This document shows positions 60,401 to 64,000 of a stretch of 64,000 bases of DNA, one piece after another. Source of the stretch: Lingula anatina (lineage: Eukaryota > Animalia > Brachiopoda). Numbering within the stretch: position 1 is the first letter of the stretch; every line of letters starts with the position of its first letter. Made by a program: the position numbers and the translations under genes. Location of the stretch: contig CM120640.1 of NCBI GenBank assembly GCA_051362555.1, positions 17,050,001-17,114,000 of the forward strand, read 5' to 3'. Under the pieces are notes generated by a model that saw nothing but the letters and a program-made list of their open reading frames with translations, ran no database searches and was not told where the DNA came from.

Positions 60401-60540
60401 TGTGACATCCATCTGATCTTCAGAATAAGCCCCACATTGACGCATATCACGGCAGTAAGAACGACTCCCAGGGATGAGCCCTTGGCGACCACCGCAGCCA
60501 AGCTAGGTCCAACTGTTTCTTCCAACACCTCTCCGTTCAT
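54500..60540 (-). CDS. Orphan rhodopsin-family (class A) GPCR, 5 coding exons, about 487 aa with the ECL2 insert exon (about 344 aa without)
   Basis: Exons: 60288-60540 (TM1-2), 58534-58636 (LCQFIGY...AAVER, TM3), 56637-56782 (ERF motif, TM4, GFGEY), 55310-55738 (143-codon insert), 54500-55032 (HCSLDY, TM5 IP..VIFYCYLRI, TM6 SQFP, TM7, CCCCC tail). Splice phases 1,2,1,1 are all compatible. Confidence 0.85.
57829..57863. repeat. (GATA)n microsatellite
   Basis: Direct reading. Confidence 0.9.
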
Positions 60541-63500
60541 GATACTGCCTTAGTGGCGCCAACCTGAAACACGAGGCATTATTATATTATGTATATCACC
60601 TTGGTGACGCATGAACAGCAGCGACATCTGGGATAATAAAACAGTGTCAGTTAGCGTGTCTCGTTGCCGTCCGGTATGCCGGATAACAAGATCAATTTCT
60701 TCTTATATTTTAAAAGATACACCGATTTTTATTTTTATTCTTTATTTGATGTGCGCTTATTCTCACGAACGAAAGTCAAAGTATGTACATTAAAGTAATC
60801 AAAATAATGTCATAAGATCGTGTGCATATTCATAAAATGTTTTAGATGCCAACGTAATACAATTGGCCCGCGGCAAGTGCACAGCTTGAAGGATTGTATT
60901 GTGACCGGGAATATCCACTCGGAGGTTTCAACCATTTGCCCAATATTGGTTGATTTCGTATTTGATGTCAATCTATATCAATTGGTTCTACTATACATCG
61001 TTCGTAATATACTTCAGAGACTCAATGGTTCACATTTACAATAAATTCCCAAGACAGTGTGGGTAACTTTGCATCAAATGAAATACTGATATAACCCAGT
61101 ATTGTCGTCAATGGTATAAACTCCCTTCCAGGGATCACAAAAATTTTAAAGCAAATATCTACAAAACTTGCCTGCTTCTGGTGTTATTAATAGATGGGTT
61201 AGGTGATGTTGAACATTAAGAAAGGTGTCAATTTTACAACTTAAGTACCTTAAACTTTAAAAAGTATATTTCTCTCGGAGAATTTTTCCCTTGTATATTG
61301 GCGTTTCTTTACGTAAATTGCCTCCAAACGTTTTCATCCAGAAGAGTTAAAAGGACCAGCGTAATCATTGGTTATTGTATTAAAAGGCCACATATCGTGT
61401 CAGATAATGCAAAATATTTAAAAACCGCGAAATGTATTAGCTAAGAATGACAGCTTTTAATAATGAGCAAACGCAAAATACTGCCCACAATAGTGTTAGC
61501 GTAATTTGATGATTTCCTTTTCAATCAATTTACCACCTTCTATCAGCATATCGTTGCAGTTTCGTTCATCATTATTTCGATTTGTGGACTTGCAAATCTG
61601 GATTTCAGAATTTTATTCATCTATCACGTGTTAAGTCATGCACACGCTCTTTTTTCCCTTTACAGTAAAATTTGAATTGCGTATTTTCTAGCATTTTGTT
61701 TTCAAACACGCTATATGCAGTTATTCTATATTCAAAACAGCACCCGGCGAAATAGTTTCATACGTCCAATCTCTACACAAGATGATGATGCTGAGGAATT
61801 GTTTGGACTTGCTTCCATGATGTATTTAAAAAATGAACATAATAAACATACGCACTATTAAATGTAATGAATGTAATGAAGAAAATGTCCCAATTCTTAA
61901 CAAATACCTTAATTTTCGCTTAGGATTATTTTAATGACAACAGTAAACTAAACAGACTAAAAAGGCAACTTTGCCTTGACTTTAATTTAAGTAATTTAAT
62001 TCCACAGTTTATCCTTTTTATGGGGTTGCTTGACGTTTTCATTAAATATTCCGTTCCAAGTGTACTGGAATAATTAGCGACAGGCGGATTATCATCATCT
62101 ATAAAGCAGCAATTATACAAAAGTCTTTGGCGTTAAATTGTCAGATTGCATATTTTAGATAACAGTGATTAACCTATGAAAACCTAAAAACAAAACAATT
62201 ACATCACCACTGTCTGTTCTACATCGACTTCAATGCTTTTCCACGAAAATTCACCTTCTATTCATATATTGCATTAAAACTTCATATCCTTGAAAACCCT
62301 TGTGCCATATGGTTGGGTTACATAAACCTGCTGTATCGCAGTAGACAATATTACAAGCAGCTGAAACACACTACACCATGATCTTCATGACAGATGGTGT
62401 AGTACGTCCCACTTGAGTTTCCTTTGTAATCTAATCTAGGGATTTAAAATAATGTGAGACAGGGACTCTATTTTGGTATTTAAGAGCTCGAATAATCATG
62501 CTGTAATACTTCTATTTTGGTTTTTTTATCTTTACGGTGGTGCTGGTCTGTTACTGTAAAAATGTAATTAGAACCTCTAGAGCTTGATCATACGTGTTAG
62601 GTATTAACGTATTATTCTTCCAAAAGTAACCAATACGTTGGCGTTAAGATTATAGTTCTTTGTACTTGACCTTACACAACCTGTAAGATTCCCGAGAATT
62701 CAACTTATGCTCCGGTTTTAGGTAGCTCAAGTAAATGAAAGGATATTGAGTTGTCTTGTCGTTAACCAATACAAAGCCAAGGAAACCGATTTCCGGTGCT
62801 GGTGTGCAAAGTAGTCGCCTACCAAAAGCCCAAGGCACGATCAGACGTGACTTATCACAGTCGCAGGATAAACAGAAAACTGCATTCTGAACACGCAATT
62901 TTTTTAATATCCTGGCTTTTTTCAGCAGCATGTCTATTTTAGTTATTGTGCTCCAAATGCTTGATCCATTCATTTGTCTGGAAAGATACCCGGGTTAATA
63001 AATATATGAATTTGAAAAATGAGTTTGCATGATATATTTGACTTCCCATTGTCCATTAAGTATATAAAGTACATTGCATTGACGCATGTACATAGCAGCG
63101 TCGACATGACTTTTACTTTTCCATGCAAATTAAGACTCTCCTTTTGATAACAACCGAGACAAAGTACGTTGTAAAGATGTAATATAATTAGTTTTATTCC
63201 ATTTCATTGATTACTTATTCATGCCAACAAATCTAACTCAAGATACAGAAACTAGCTTCACGAAAAGGATCATATGTAATCTTTTATCTCTCACATCAGT
63301 TACAGTAAGCCTGTGTGCTATGAATGATAAACGGTTCCATTGCCTATATCTATCCCTCAATAGAATAGATAACGACAGCCCATTATTGTTTCCTGATAAA
63401 GCTGCTGATTGAATCCCTTAGTGACTGTGGAACCGATATTCCTATATGCTGACATCAAATTTCTGCAAATGTGGATGGTATATAAAAAACAACATATTTT

Positions 63501-64000
63501 ATATAACCCAACTTATAGCACTGAAAAACACGGATGCAATTATCTGTGAAAAACGCAAATGCCGAGTCCGCTGTAAATTGTTCGACAAGACATACATGCG
63601 TATGTGTAAAACGCTAAATGATGCAAATAAAAAGAAAAGATCCCTTTACTTAAAGTAAAATCACATTTAAAGCCCAGGAAAAACATGTTAAAATCAAAGC
63701 AGTTGCCAGCGTACATTACAGTGGTGTACAATGACTGTCCTCTTTAAATATCTATATCTATGGTCATCAAATTATTTCCGCTAAACGCAATTCGAAGACC
63801 ATCTTGACAGATTGCCAGGATGTTAAGGAACGCAATACACACTGCAATTAACCACTTAAAGGAACACACTCTAACTGCACATGTTTCACGGTATAAGTTT
63901 AGCTATCTCAGGTTAGAAAAAATCTGATTTTAACACATACCCCTAGAGTCGCACGCGGTCAAACGGTGATACAAATGACATAAGGCTCTTCTCTTTGCAA

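Noticed and set aside
54500-60540. Opsin assignment suggested by GFGEY...CSLDY
   Set aside because: No Schiff-base Lys in TM7 and no NPxxY.
62650-62973. 107-aa minus-strand ORF with an acceptor-like site
   Set aside because: No recognisable domain or partner exons; it could be UTR of the GPCR but cannot be supported.
63857-64000. TTAA-AGG start of a possible Kolobok-like element
   Set aside because: The other end is outside the window, so it cannot be verified.

Overview
AT-rich, intron-rich animal DNA (probably a marine invertebrate; inferred from gene content only). Three spliced minus-strand genes were reconstructed by hand from GT/AG sites and exon phases. Two are tandem paralogous receptor tyrosine phosphatase (RPTP) genes with the layout signal peptide - EGF-like - 2x F-type lectin - 2x EGF-like - FN3 array - polybasic site - TM - 2x PTP. 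Gene A (22378-50825) is complete, about 1562 aa. Gene B (19815 to <1) runs off the window. The third gene is an orphan class-A GPCR (54500-60540). Introns hold nested transposons: two L1/Tx1 LINEs, a DIRS element, a Penelope>Tc1>Chapaev nest, an RTE tail and several MITEs. Main findings: (1) Gene A keeps an open frame, but both PTP domains look catalytically dead (D1 Cys->Ser, D2 Arg->Gln) while the C-terminal YANF docking motif is retained, suggesting a lectin-type receptor pseudophosphatase. (2) The GPCR carries a frame-symmetric 143-codon exon in extracellular loop 2 that resembles a TRADD-N-like domain. (3) A deletion at the DIRS end removed exactly one FN3 domain from gene A in frame. (4) Patchy near-identity between the paralogs suggests gene conversion, while the lectin loops have diverged.
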